Source: Synechococcus sp. (lineage in GTDB: Bacteria > Cyanobacteriota > Cyanobacteriia > Thermostichales > PCC-7336). From it: a DNA stretch of 17,976 bases. Below, piece after piece: positions 17,850-17,976 of this stretch (position 1 is its first letter; each line of letters begins with the position of its first letter). The position numbers and the translations under genes were made by a program. The notes beneath the pieces were generated by a model. That model did not search any database and had not been told where the DNA came from. It was given only the letters and a program-made list of their open reading frames with translations. The stretch lies in contig JBFRWD010000010.1 of the NCBI GenBank assembly GCA_051439425.1, positions 1-17,976 of the forward strand. Direction: 5' to 3'.

Positions 17850-17976
17850 ATGACCATCGCAATGGGTCGCAGCCAAGCGAACCGCGGCTGGTTCGACATC
17901 ATGGACGACTGGCTCAAGCGGGACCGATTCGTATTCGTCGGTTGGTCCGGCCTGCTGCTGTTTCCTTGTGCGTTCC
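17850..17976 (+). CDS. psbD: Photosystem II D2 protein, 5' fragment cut by the window end
   Basis: Not in the ORF track. Translating from ATG 17850 gives [42 protein letters not shown], the D2 N-terminus. SD-like AGAGGA at 17838-17843 after an AT-rich leader. Confidence 0.98.
   Translation, partial: MTIAMGRSQANRGWFDIMDDWLKRDRFVFVGWSGLLLFPCAF

Noticed and set aside
17250..17917. ORFs 17250-17669 (+) and 17708-17917 (-)
   Set aside because: They overlap the exported-protein gene and psbD in antisense and have no recognisable features.
17850..17976. Possibility that psbD is a far-red (FaRLiP) variant
   Set aside because: Only 42 codons are visible, and no rfp, apc or chlF genes lie on this side; no support.
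1..17976. CRISPR array, IS/transposase, integrase, reverse transcriptase or defence island
   Set aside because: No regularly spaced repeats or mobile-element motifs were seen. The recurring GCGATCGC is HIP1, not an array.

Overview
An 18-kb stretch of ordinary cyanobacterial chromosome. It carries about 20 copies of the HIP1 octamer GCGATCGC, the 5' end of psbD and several cyanobacteria-type hypothetical genes. Gene order: tail-anchored hypothetical (+), Fe(III) ABC permease futB (-), leucyl aminopeptidase pepA (-), Cys-motif membrane protein (+), divergent ProA-like protein (+), gltX (+), small 2-TM protein (+), TerB-like protein (-), 1376-aa polytopic membrane protein (-), stand-alone HAS-barrel-type protein (+), small hydrophobic protein (+), GNAT (-), BolA (-), DUF1818-like protein (-), exported hypothetical (-), and the psbD start (+, cut by the window end). 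I see no CRISPR array, transposase, integrase, tRNA, rRNA or recognisable defence system. The best leads are three. (1) A ~165-nt non-coding segment (14746-14910) folds by hand into one long rod with a central AU-rich bubble, like 6S RNA. (2) The ProA paralogue lacks the catalytic Cys and other signature motifs and is a probable pseudoenzyme. (3) An operator-like CTTGAG/CTCAAG cluster lies upstream of a small membrane protein gene. All family calls come from recognising motifs by eye; no searches or folding programs were run.
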